A stretch of 64,000 nucleotides of DNA from a virus (Duplodnaviria > Caudoviricetes): positions 15,318 to 79,317 of IMG/VR virus record IMGVR_UViG_3300043694_000018. The stretch is one strand, 5' to 3'. This document shows, one piece after another, positions 1-9,408 of this stretch (position 1 is the stretch's first letter; every line of letters begins with the position of its first letter). The position numbers and the translations under genes were made by a program. The notes under the pieces were generated by a model that worked only from the letters and a program-made list of their open reading frames with translations, was not told the DNA's origin and searched no databases.

Positions 1-2466
1 CGCAACAACCTGAAGCGTGCGGTCAACGAGGAGACATCGTACTGGCGCGAGCAGGGCGGCAACCTCGATGACGCCAAGCACAAGCTGGTGGGCGAGTTCA
101 ACGAGTACGATTCGACCATGCCGGAGTGGTTCGAGGAGGCGATGTCGGATGTCAACGAGCATCGGCTCCACACCGATCCACCGCATCCGCCGATCCCGTA
201 CACCAACGAGCAACTGTGGAAGGCGATCTCGCTCAGCTACGAGGGCGACGGTGCTGGCGGTGGCCCGCTCCGCGTCGAGTTCCTTGACGAGAACCTGCGC
301 CATCCGAAGGACTACGATTCCAAGCAGCAGACGCTACCCGGCATCGAGCCCGAAGACCCGTCGAAGCGACTGACGCAGGAGATGCGCGACGCGCTGGAGG
401 TGCAGATCACCGACGCCTTCGACGCGCAGGCCGACAAGGATCAATACTCGGTGGAGCCCGACTACAACATGCTGGAGGAGAACGCAGCGGAGCGGGTCAA
501 CATCGAGTGGGACGACCTCAATGATGACCAGAAGTTCGCGATGTTCCAAGGCCGCAAGCAGAAGCTCGGCATGCAGACCGAGATGCGCGGCAAGACCGAG
601 TGGCGCTATGTGCCGTTCACCGCCAAGGCGTGGAACCCCGGCGACCTGCCAGAGGGCGAATCGTACAGCGTCGAGACCGCCGTCGACCCGGATGCCCACG
701 ACATCGAGGACGTGATGCGGCACAGCCAGCGCGGCGTGATCCGGCTGGCGCGCATGAACGACGGCAAGACATACGTGTGGGACGCCACGACCGTCACGCA
801 TCCCGAGATGATTCCCGAGCTTGGCTACAGCTACCCGGAGGACGTTGACGACACCGAGGTCGCGTGGGGCATGAGCGGCGTGCGCTACCTGCTGAACAAC
901 TGGGCACGCCACGACAGCCAGAGCCCGCGCATCGCCGCCGACGCGGTGTACCTGAAGTGGAACGACTCGATCATCCCGCCGCCGGGCTATCGCTTCCAGA
1001 GTTGGGTAGCGCGCGCCGACGCCTTCAACCCCAACGAACCGCGCGATCCGCAGGGGCGCTGGACCGAGGGCGGTGGCACGCTCTACCACGTCACGCACAG
1101 CCGCTACGGTGGCAGCATCAAGAAGAAGGGCATCGTGCCGTTGGGCGGCGAGGGCTCGAACTGGGTGAAGGGCACGGAGGAAGGCGAGCGCTACGGCGCT
1201 GGCGAGGTCTACGCCTTCGAGCACAAGGACGACGCGATTCGCTGGGCCGCGAAGATGGACTGGTCGTTCAACAAGGGCGACAGCGGCAAGGGCAAGATCA
1301 GCATCGTCCACATCAAGGGCCAGCAGGGCGACAAGTGGCTGGTCGATGAGTCTGATCCGCTCAGTCAGGCGACGGCCAAGGGCAAGTGGCTGAAGCGGCT
1401 CGACCCGGTCGACCGCAAGCGCATCGCCAAGGTCGAGCCTGTCACCAACGACATGGTGCGCGACATGCTCGCGCGCGAGCGCGCCGAGACACCGAAGGCG
1501 AAGGAAGCGCCCGGTTGGAGCTTCCCTGATGACGAGAACAAGTTCTGGAACGCCATACCGGGGATACTGAGCGGGCACGTCCACAGCGAAGGGCCGTGGT
1601 TCGTCGCCGAAGGCGAGGGCTACAAGATCAAGTACAGCCGCCTCACCGACAACTGGACCGTCTCCGATCCGAAGAACGACAGCAACAAGTGGGCTGAGGG
1701 CATCGGCGTCTACAACCTGATGCAGTTCCTGAAGGACGACCCGAAGATCGGCAAGAAGGCGCAGGCGTGGATCGACAAGGACAAGCAGGAGCACGCCGCC
1801 ACGCTGGCCGAAAAGCTCAAGCACTTCCGCTCGACCGCTGAGGAGATGGGCAAGCGCGCCAACTTCGATACGTCGAAGATCAAGTTCGGGGAGGTCGCGC
1901 CCGACTACGTGCTGAACGGCAGGCACTTCAAGGCGGCCGGTGTCGCCAACCTCGGCAGCGGCGAGATCACGCTCTACCCCGGTGCGGAGTCGAGCGAGGA
2001 GTTCTTCCGGGGCGTGGTGGCGCACGAGATGGAGCACCAAAAGTTCCAGTTCTTCCTCGATGAGCAGAGCCGCGAACTGGAGGAGATCATCAAGCTGCCC
2101 AAGCCCGAGCGGCGGCGCGATGACCCGATGAAGCCGGACGGCACGCTGCGCACACCCGAGCTTCGCGAGAAGTACCCGGCCTACTCGGCCTACACCGAGA
2201 TCATCGGCAAGCACTACGACGAACTGAAGGAGGAGGACGGCGTCACCAAGTACAGCCGCGAATGGTGGCAGGCCTACAACAACAAGACGGCCAACATCGA
2301 GCAGGCGTGGCACGAGACGATGGCCGAGATCGCCTTCCTGATGCACAAGGACGAGGAGGGCTCGAAGGTCAGTCGCAACTGGAACAAGCTGTTCAACACC
2401 GTCAATCAAATCTGGAACGACCGCCACACGCAGGGCATGCGCACGTCGGGAGTGCCCGGCCCATGA
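1..2466 (+). CDS. Head-associated polyvalent protein, 5'-truncated (ART-like domain + zincin metallopeptidase)
   Basis: Frame open from base 1. FNPNEPRDPQGRWTEGG motif, then TLYHVT..SIKKKGIVP..VYAF (ART-like), then HEMEH..HETMAE (zincin). Lies upstream of the head genes. Confidence 0.7.
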   Translation, partial: RNNLKRAVNEETSYWREQGGNLDDAKHKLVGEFNEYDSTMPEWFEEAMSDVNEHRLHTDPPHPPIPYTNEQLWKAISLSYEGDGAGGGPLRVEFLDENLRHPKDYDSKQQTLPGIEPEDPSKRLTQEMRDALEVQITDAFDAQADKDQYSVEPDYNMLEENAAERVNIEWDDLNDDQKFAMFQGRKQKLGMQTEMRGKTEWRYVPFTAKAWNPGDLPEGESYSVETAVDPDAHDIEDVMRHSQRGVIRLARMNDGKTYVWDATTVTHPEMIPELGYSYPEDVDDTEVAWGMSGVRYLLNNWARHDSQSPRIAADAVYLKWNDSIIPPPGYRFQSWVARADAFNPNEPRDPQGRWTEGGGTLYHVTHSRYGGSIKKKGIVPLGGEGSNWVKGTEEGERYGAGEVYAFEHKDDAIRWAAKMDWSFNKGDSGKGKISIVHIKGQQGDKWLVDESDPLSQATAKGKWLKRLDPVDRKRIAKVEPVTNDMVRDMLARERAETPKAKEAPGWSFPDDENKFWNAIPGILSGHVHSEGPWFVAEGEGYKIKYSRLTDNWTVSDPKNDSNKWAEGIGVYNLMQFLKDDPKIGKKAQAWIDKDKQEHAATLAEKLKHFRSTAEEMGKRANFDTSKIKFGEVAPDYVLNGRHFKAAGVANLGSGEITLYPGAESSEEFFRGVVAHEMEHQKFQFFLDEQSRELEEIIKLPKPERRRDDPMKPDGTLRTPELREKYPAYSAYTEIIGKHYDELKEEDGVTKYSREWWQAYNNKTANIEQAWHETMAEIAFLMHKDEEGSKVSRNWNKLFNTVNQIWNDRHTQGMRTSGVPGP

Positions 2467-4637
2467 TCGAGCGCGTGATGCTCAACAACAAGATGGGCAC
2501 CGTGGTCTACCTCAACGCCGCGATGCTGCCGACCGACAAGGACAAGGCGAAGGCCATCAAGGTCCACTTCGATGACGGCACGATCACCTTCGCCACGCTC
2601 CAGCCAGACACCGTGCCGACGCCGAAGCGCTGGGTGAACCCGAACACGCCGTCGCCCTATGGCATGAGCGGGCGGCTCGACTGGGACGAGTCACAGCACC
2701 CGCGCGGCCAGCCAGCGAACAAGGGCCAGTTCGTCACTCGGGGCGGCGCGGCGATGGGCATGACCATCGGCAAGGCGGGCGAGGGACTGTACACGGCGCA
2801 GATCGACGGCAAGTACGCAGGGCACGCCCAGCTTGCCAGCGAGGGCCATCCGTTCGTGTCGGCGCTGCACGTGCCCGAGGAGCACAGCGGCAAGGGCGTC
2901 GGCCACGCGCTGTACGATCACATCGAGAAGCAGACGGGCAAGTCGATGGTGCCCAATCCGCTGCATCTCACCGAGCAGCACGCGGAGATTTGGAAGAAGC
3001 GGCTGAGTGATATGGGCGCGGCCGAGGCCAAGCGGCGGCTCACCGAGGCGCGCACCATCGGCTACAAGAACTTCGGCCAGAAGTACACGACGACGGACAA
3101 GCTGCACATGCCGCTGCGGGAGGTCGCGGGCAAGGCGCAGCATCCGGGCGAGGGTTACAGCGAGAACGCCTTCGTGGACGGCAAGGGCCGCATCCACACC
3201 AACAACATCTACGACGCCACGCGCGCGCTGTACGAGAAGCGCGATGTCGTGCTGGCGCAGCCGCGCGAGGTGTCGACGCTGCTCGATCACCTCCAGAAGG
3301 TCTCGGCCGAGTTCATCCGGCTGGGCAGCAAGGCTCCGGTGTTCGACCTGTGCAAGGTCAGCGTCGAGGGCACCAACCTGTTCTGCGTCGGCTCGATGGG
3401 CATCCCGCGCGTGAAGATGCCGCAACTCGACAAGGAGATGACCAAGAAGTTCCTGCACTTCCTGCAAGCCAAGGGCTACGAGGTCACGGACGAGGAGGAG
3501 TTCGCCAGCTACCTGCGCGCGACGCAGAACGAACTGAACGGGGCCAAGGTGGCGGGCATCGCCAACGCGATGCTGACCGGCAAGTTCGAGGAGGGCCGCA
3601 ACCCGCGACTGGTGATCAGCCGCGACAACTACATCCTCGACGGGCATCACCGCTGGGCAGCGCTGGTCGGCGTCGATGCGCTGAACAACCAGTTCGGCGA
3701 CAAGCTCATGAAGGTGAGCCGGGTCGGCATCGGCATCACCGACCTGTTGCGCGAGGCTGAGGAGTTCGGCGTGCCGACCGGCGAGGGCGTCGAGGTGATG
3801 TCGAAGGAGGAGGCGGCGCAGTCGGGCGGCAAGGCGACTGGCACGCCCAAGACCGGAGCACCAGCGACGAAGCAGCCCGACAAGCACGGCTACGAGTTCG
3901 TGTCGCCCAACGTCAAGGACCTCAAGTTCAAGGACGCCGTGGCGTCGCTCGAAGGCGACCGGCACAAGTACATCACCGCGCTCAGCGAGCAGGTCGACAA
4001 GGAACTGGGGCTGAAGGGCACGACCAAGCCGGTGCTCGGCGTCTGGACCGATGGCGCGGAGAACTCGACCATGACGACCTACACCAACCCGACGTGGCAG
4101 CAACTGGTGGCGTCGGCCTCGATGAAGGGGCATCTGGCGAACCAGAAGCAGGTCCTGATCTTCAACGAGGGCGACATCGATGCTGGCCACGGCGACGAGG
4201 GCTTCCTCGCGTCGTTCCCGGTGAAAGGCGACATGAAGGAGGTGTCGGACTGGCTGGGCCAGAACGGGCTGATCTACCACACGCTTGAACCGACGAAAGA
4301 CGGCGCTATCGTCCACGTCTACGGCAGCGATGACGCCACCATGCAGGCCGTGAAGGCCGCAGGAGACCACTATGGCACGACCGTCCAAGCCGGTGTCGGA
4401 CGAGGAGCCTTCCTCGGCAGCTTCAAAGAAGGAGCCGACGACGAGCAGCGCGCAGACGCCCGCGCCGTCTATGAGCGAGAGATTGAAGGCGCTGGGCTTC
4501 AAGGTGCGTCGGCCGTCTGGAAAGGGCTACGTGATCGGTACGGGTGGGCCAACAAAGCAGCCACCGGAAGCCAAGCAGTAGCACGTGCTGACGCACGCCC
4601 TAGAAACAGGGCATTGCAGTTTGCGGTATCCCCATGA
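2463..4637 (+). CDS. Head-associated polyvalent protein (GNAT-like + ParB/Srx-like + unknown C-terminal domain)
   Basis: ATG overlaps the previous stop. WDESQHPR..GQF motif; HSGKGVGHALY (GNAT motif A); ATQNEL..LVISRDNYILDGHHRWAA (ParB/Srx). Confidence 0.7.
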   Translation: MIERVMLNNKMGTVVYLNAAMLPTDKDKAKAIKVHFDDGTITFATLQPDTVPTPKRWVNPNTPSPYGMSGRLDWDESQHPRGQPANKGQFVTRGGAAMGMTIGKAGEGLYTAQIDGKYAGHAQLASEGHPFVSALHVPEEHSGKGVGHALYDHIEKQTGKSMVPNPLHLTEQHAEIWKKRLSDMGAAEAKRRLTEARTIGYKNFGQKYTTTDKLHMPLREVAGKAQHPGEGYSENAFVDGKGRIHTNNIYDATRALYEKRDVVLAQPREVSTLLDHLQKVSAEFIRLGSKAPVFDLCKVSVEGTNLFCVGSMGIPRVKMPQLDKEMTKKFLHFLQAKGYEVTDEEEFASYLRATQNELNGAKVAGIANAMLTGKFEEGRNPRLVISRDNYILDGHHRWAALVGVDALNNQFGDKLMKVSRVGIGITDLLREAEEFGVPTGEGVEVMSKEEAAQSGGKATGTPKTGAPATKQPDKHGYEFVSPNVKDLKFKDAVASLEGDRHKYITALSEQVDKELGLKGTTKPVLGVWTDGAENSTMTTYTNPTWQQLVASASMKGHLANQKQVLIFNEGDIDAGHGDEGFLASFPVKGDMKEVSDWLGQNGLIYHTLEPTKDGAIVHVYGSDDATMQAVKAAGDHYGTTVQAGVGRGAFLGSFKEGADDEQRADARAVYEREIEGAGLQGASAVWKGLRDRYGWANKAATGSQAVARADARPRNRALQFAVSP

Positions 4638-6598
4638 TCCGCGCCGCCGGGGTGCTGATCCTGAGCGCGGACGGTCGCGTGCTGTTCCTCAAGCGCTCGA
4701 AGTCGGGGGACATGCCGGGCAAGTGGTGCTTCCCCGGCGGCAAGATCGAGGACGACGAGACGCCCGAAGAAGCTGCCATCCGCGAACTGGACGAGGAAGC
4801 AGGCGTCAGTGCCAAGCCAGAGCACCTGACGTTCTGGACGCGCCGGGTCGCGGCTGACGCAGGCCCGGAGGAGGTCGACTTCACCACGTTCATCGTGCGC
4901 AACGTGGTCGAGTTCGAGCCGTACCTCGATCAGGAGCACACCGCCTACCTGTGGGCTGAGCCGAACCGCGCCCCGCGCCCGCTCCACCCCGGTTGCCAGA
5001 TCAGCGTCGACCGGCTGGACATGGACGAGCTTGACGTGGCGCGCGCGATCAAGGACGGCGACCTTCACGGCCCACAGCAGTACGAGAACATCTGGCTGTT
5101 CCCGATGCGCATCACCGGGACCGGCATGGCCTTCCGCCACAAGTGGGAGGAGTACGTCTGGCGCGATCCCGCGCTCTATCTCAATGACAATTTCTTGCAG
5201 CGTTGCAATGGCCTGCCCGTCATCCTCGAACACCCATCAACGTCGGTGCTGACCACCGACGAGTTCAAGGACCGCACAGTCGGCACGGTCATGCTGCCCT
5301 ACATTAAGGGCGACGAGGTCTGGGGCATCACGAAAATCTACGACGCGGACGCCGCGCACATCCTGCTCACGGAGCAGTTGAGCACGTCACCGGCCGTGGT
5401 GTGGCGTGACCCGGACGTGAACGCTGAGAAGGAGATGGAGAACGGCCAGACATACCTGATCGAGGGAAAGCCCAGCCTCCTCGATCACCTTGCGATTTGT
5501 AAGCAGGGCGTCTGGGACAAAGGCGGGAAACCCGAAGGTATAGACCTAGGAGGTCTGATCATGCCAGAGAACAGCAAGATCGCCGCCGACGACACCAGCA
5601 AGGGCGGCAGTGGAATCGAGCGCCTGCTCAAGGGGCTCGATGCGATGGCGTTGAAGCTCGACAGCTTCACGTCGCGCATGGACTCGGTCGAGGCGCAGGT
5701 CGCGAAGGTCCTCAAGTCCCGCAAGGACGACGATGATCGCGCCGACGCAGGTCCGCCGGGCGACGGCAAGCCTGTGCCGCCGATGCCGGGTCCGGGCGCA
5801 CCGCCGGGCGACGGCAAGCCCGCGCCCGTGGCAGCCGACAAGCGCAAGGACGCGGACGGCAAGCCGTTCCCCGGTGCCGCGCCGCCGATCCAAGGCAAGG
5901 GTCCGCCGTCACCGCCGCCTGCCGCCAAGGCCGACGAGGGCGATGGCGACGACAAGGACAAGAAGGACGACCTGCCGCCGTTCATGAAGAAGGCGGACGA
6001 CGAGAAGGAGCCCAACGAGGACCCGACCGCGCAGGGTCGTGGCGACGAGGGCAGCGAGAAGACCCACTTCCCGGCCAAGCCGATCACCGGGGCCGACGCG
6101 GCCAAGCGTGACGCCGACCTCAACGCGCTCAAGAAGGAGATCGCCGAGCTTCGGCTGCGCATCCCCAAGGATCGCTCAGACGCCGACGCCGCCCAGATGG
6201 CCGAGGATCAGGCACGCTGCGACAGCGTCGCCATGCTGTTCGGCACGTCAGCGCCGCGCCCGCTCGCGGGCGAGACCCGGCCAGCGTACCGGCTGCGCAT
6301 CTTGGAGCCGTTCAAGAAGCACAGCCCGCAGTGGCAGAATGTCGACGTTCAGGTCGTCGCCGTCGATGAGGCCGCGCTCAACGTGGTCGAGCATCAAATC
6401 TACGAGGCGGCACGGATCGCCGCTCGTGATCCCGCCAGCGTCCCGGTCGGCACGCTGCGGGCCGTCACCATGCGCACGCCCACAGGCCACATCGAGACGA
6501 AGTTCATGGGGTCGCCGAGCGCGTGGCTCAATCGTCATGCGGGCAACTCGCGGGCCTTCGTGACGGCGCTCAACCTCAAGTCGCCGACTGCAAACTGA
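4634..6598 (+). CDS. NUDIX hydrolase fused to DUF2213-like prohead protease/scaffold
   Basis: Intact NUDIX box GKIEDDETPEEAAIRELDEEAGV; GLPVILEHP..LDHLAIC..GVWD protease core; low-complexity P/D/K scaffold region; directly upstream of capsid genes. Confidence 0.8.
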   Translation: MIRAAGVLILSADGRVLFLKRSKSGDMPGKWCFPGGKIEDDETPEEAAIRELDEEAGVSAKPEHLTFWTRRVAADAGPEEVDFTTFIVRNVVEFEPYLDQEHTAYLWAEPNRAPRPLHPGCQISVDRLDMDELDVARAIKDGDLHGPQQYENIWLFPMRITGTGMAFRHKWEEYVWRDPALYLNDNFLQRCNGLPVILEHPSTSVLTTDEFKDRTVGTVMLPYIKGDEVWGITKIYDADAAHILLTEQLSTSPAVVWRDPDVNAEKEMENGQTYLIEGKPSLLDHLAICKQGVWDKGGKPEGIDLGGLIMPENSKIAADDTSKGGSGIERLLKGLDAMALKLDSFTSRMDSVEAQVAKVLKSRKDDDDRADAGPPGDGKPVPPMPGPGAPPGDGKPAPVAADKRKDADGKPFPGAAPPIQGKGPPSPPPAAKADEGDGDDKDKKDDLPPFMKKADDEKEPNEDPTAQGRGDEGSEKTHFPAKPITGADAAKRDADLNALKKEIAELRLRIPKDRSDADAAQMAEDQARCDSVAMLFGTSAPRPLAGETRPAYRLRILEPFKKHSPQWQNVDVQVVAVDEAALNVVEHQIYEAARIAARDPASVPVGTLRAVTMRTPTGHIETKFMGSPSAWLNRHAGNSRAFVTALNLKSPTAN

Positions 6599-6608
6599 GA
6601 GGTCCACC

Positions 6609-7223
6609 ATGGCCATCGGCATCACTCCTCAAGTCACCAAGACGGCACTGGGCACCTTCGGTGTGCAGTGGGACGGGCTCGTGCAGGGCACCGCCATGCC
6701 GTCACCCAACGCGGTCTTCAACCTCGCTGGCGGCTGGGTCGCCAGCACCGAGACCGATCCGATGTACGGCGGGATCGCCATCACCGAAGGCATCCCGACC
6801 GCACCCGGCTCGCCACCGGCCACCCCAGCGATGGAACTGGGCGGCCCGCTCACGCGCGCGAGCGGCTATCCCAACCTCACGGGCTTCACCGTGTTCGATC
6901 AGGACTACGCGGCGATCAACTCGCCGCAGTCCGAAGTGCAGTTGGCGGACGTGTACATGCAGATGAACTTCTACCGCCTCGGCTCGGGCCAGCGCATCGT
7001 CGTGGCCTGCGATCCGGCGCTCATCACCCTGTACGGTCAGCCGATCACGCAACAGGTGTCGTGGGACTTCTCGGCCCAGCGCCTCGTGGCGTTCTCGACC
7101 ACCGCTCTCGCCTGCAAAGTCCTCAAGATGATGCCTGCGGGGTGCATGACCGTCACCTACACCAGCGGCACCAAGACCGCCGCATGGAATCGCAACGGCG
7201 CAGCCGCTGTGATCCTGATCTGA
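6609..7223 (+). CDS. Capsid decoration/cement protein
   Basis: 204 aa beta-rich protein between protease and major capsid; RBS GAGG. Confidence 0.6.
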   Translation: MAIGITPQVTKTALGTFGVQWDGLVQGTAMPSPNAVFNLAGGWVASTETDPMYGGIAITEGIPTAPGSPPATPAMELGGPLTRASGYPNLTGFTVFDQDYAAINSPQSEVQLADVYMQMNFYRLGSGQRIVVACDPALITLYGQPITQQVSWDFSAQRLVAFSTTALACKVLKMMPAGCMTVTYTSGTKTAAWNRNGAAAVILI

Positions 7224-7236
7224 AGGGAGATAGACC

Positions 7237-8259
7237 ATGGCACTGCAAGCGCCAGCCTTTGTGACGGTCAACCCGTCGCTGATCGAGCCCGATCTCATCC
7301 TCCCCTACGCGCAGGCATCCGGTGCCTTCGATTGCCTCGAAGGTGGCGAGCCTCGCATCAAGCTGGGCGAGGGCGATCTCTACGTCTACATGAAGCGCGT
7401 CGACCTGCGCACGTCGATGGCGGCTGGACCGGCCAGCTACAACAGCCTGCCGGGCGTGAACATCGCGTTCTCGCAAATCCAGACGCCGACGTACCTGTTG
7501 CAGGTGCGCTCGATGTACAATCACCACGATCAGGCCGCCGCCCAGAATTGGGGCGTGTCCCTGCCGGAGGCGTACCGGCTCGGCATGCGGCAGGGTCACT
7601 TCCAGTTGGCCCGCAACGCTCTGCTCTACGGCTTCAATCCGCAGAACGGCGAGGGCTTGGTCAACACGGCGGGCGCAGTCGCCGTCAACCTGCCAGCGGA
7701 TTCGCTGGGGAACACCACCGTCTCGACCTACGACAACGGTCAGATGGCGTTCTTCTTCCTCCAGCAAATCCAGTTCCTGAAGGCCCGGACCAACCAACTG
7801 GGCATCGGGCGCAAGTTCACCATCCTCGGGCCGCAGCGCACGCTCGGGCTGATGGAGTACCAGAGCGTCGTGCAGTTGACCCAGTACCAGCGACAGGGTG
7901 CGGGCTCGGCGACCACGGCGACGCTGATCAAGGAAATCCTGATGTCGAACGGCGATTCGATCATCTGGGCCTACGACGACACGCTGATCGGCAAGGGCGC
8001 GGGCGGCAACGACGCCGTCATCATCGCGATGCCGGAGGTCGAGAAGCCCAAGGAGACCGGGATCAACACCAACGAGTTCGCCAAGCTCTCGCCGGGCAAC
8101 GACTCGTGCATCACGATGTACGGCGACCAGTCCGCTCCCAAGGAGATCACCTCGCCGATGGCGGGCGGCATGACCGACGTACTGAGCGAGTGGCGCATCA
8201 CCTCGGGCTGGGCAGTCCGGCCGGAGTGCATCACCATCTGCTCGATGCAGTATCAGTGA
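7237..8259 (+). CDS. Major capsid protein
   Basis: 340 aa, position after protease and decoration genes, HK97-like C-terminus (W.VRPECITIC), strong RBS. Confidence 0.8.
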   Translation: MALQAPAFVTVNPSLIEPDLILPYAQASGAFDCLEGGEPRIKLGEGDLYVYMKRVDLRTSMAAGPASYNSLPGVNIAFSQIQTPTYLLQVRSMYNHHDQAAAQNWGVSLPEAYRLGMRQGHFQLARNALLYGFNPQNGEGLVNTAGAVAVNLPADSLGNTTVSTYDNGQMAFFFLQQIQFLKARTNQLGIGRKFTILGPQRTLGLMEYQSVVQLTQYQRQGAGSATTATLIKEILMSNGDSIIWAYDDTLIGKGAGGNDAVIIAMPEVEKPKETGINTNEFAKLSPGNDSCITMYGDQSAPKEITSPMAGGMTDVLSEWRITSGWAVRPECITICSMQYQ

Positions 8260-8290
8260 CGGGTGCGGGCGCTCATCGCCCGCTTCACCC
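8260..8290 (+). terminator. Stem-loop after the capsid stop (terminator/attenuator-like, no U-tract)
   Basis: GGGTG/CACCC and GCGGGCG-ctcat-CGCCCGC arms. Confidence 0.4.
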
Positions 8291-8343
8291 CGAATCTGGA
8301 TTTATGCCCATGGGCATAAAATGAAGAAACCGCCCGAAAGTGA
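8291..8343 (+). repeat. 53-bp exact direct repeat, copy 1, with palindrome TTTATGCCCATGGGCATAAA
   Basis: Identical to 60678-60730 by direct reading. Confidence 0.95.
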
Positions 8344-8357
8344 ACCGAGGAGCCGCC

Positions 8358-8843
8358 ATGAAGCTCTACATCGCCAACTGCACCAATCAGGTGCGCGTGG
8401 TCAACTCGCGACCGCCTGAACACAAGAACGTCTGGAGCCAGCCCATCCAGATCGGCCAGCAGGCGCTCTACATCTCGCCCAACCTCAACCGGCTCCAGAT
8501 CGACGCCATCATCGAACAGCAATCGGCCTACGGCCTGCGCTCGTGCAAGGACTTCGAGCACGCGCGCGTGTCGGGCGCGCTCTACGAGATGCTGTACAAC
8601 ATCGATGAGCCGGTGCCGTACAAGCAGCACCTCGCAGCCTGTGAGTGGAACGAGGCCGTGCTGCGCCAGCGCGGCAAGAAGCTGCGCGAGGATGCCGCCA
8701 TCGCCACCTCGGCCGACATGCGCAACTACGCGCCCAACGCTGCCAACCTGCTCCAGATGCAAGTGCAGGAGGAGACCCCGGCCACCGATCACGAGCCCGT
8801 GAACGAGGGCTGGCGCGTCGACCCGCAGCACGGGATCGCGTGA
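8358..8843 (+). CDS. Virion/head-completion hypothetical protein
   Basis: RBS GAGGAG, head-neck position. Confidence 0.6.
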   Translation: MKLYIANCTNQVRVVNSRPPEHKNVWSQPIQIGQQALYISPNLNRLQIDAIIEQQSAYGLRSCKDFEHARVSGALYEMLYNIDEPVPYKQHLAACEWNEAVLRQRGKKLREDAAIATSADMRNYAPNAANLLQMQVQEETPATDHEPVNEGWRVDPQHGIA

Positions 8844-8844
8844 C

Positions 8845-9408
8845 ATGGCGACGGCGGTCGTCAACGGCGCGGGCTGGTTCCCGATCACCGGAACAGGCAC
8901 GTTCAGCGCCAGCGCCGTCGATCCCAACCTCACCGACTACCTGAAGTTCCTGCGTGGCGTGGTCGGTATCCCGGTCGAGGCGCTGCCCGACTCCTCGCCA
9001 TGGATCACCCAGTCGTACTGGTACGCCATGACGGTGTGCAACGAGCAACTGGGCGTGGTCGGCAACGCCGAGACGCCGCCGCCGCAGGTGTTCCCGACGT
9101 ACTACGCCTACGCGGTGTACAACCTCGGGGCCGACTTCCTCGTGCGCTTCGCCTTGGACGACCCGGCCGCACCGCCGCCGTGGAACACCTACTGGAAGGA
9201 CCTGCGCGCCAAGATGGGGCTGAACTCGTGGGTGCCGGGCGTCATCCAGTCGTCCAGCGATCAGGGCACGTCACAGAGCTTCATGATTCCTGACTGGTAT
9301 CGCCAGATCAGCCTCGGCGACCAAATGCTGCTCCAGACGCCGTGGGGCCGACAGTACCTCGCGCTGGCGCAGGCCTACGGCCCGACGATCTGGGGGCTCA
9401 CGCCATGA
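8845..9408 (+). CDS. Head-tail connector (DUF4054-like)
   Basis: SSSDQGTSQS..QTPWGRQYLALAQ motif typical of this neck protein. Confidence 0.65.
   Translation: MATAVVNGAGWFPITGTGTFSASAVDPNLTDYLKFLRGVVGIPVEALPDSSPWITQSYWYAMTVCNEQLGVVGNAETPPPQVFPTYYAYAVYNLGADFLVRFALDDPAAPPPWNTYWKDLRAKMGLNSWVPGVIQSSSDQGTSQSFMIPDWYRQISLGDQMLLQTPWGRQYLALAQAYGPTIWGLTP

Noticed and set aside
5700-6200. Pro/Asp/Lys-rich repeats (PPGDGKP twice) as a separate repeat element
   Set aside because: Explained as the low-complexity scaffold region of the protease gene.
8260-8343. CRISPR mini-array (hairpin plus self-matching spacer)
   Set aside because: Only one hairpin, no second repeat and no cas genes; 53 nt is long for a spacer.
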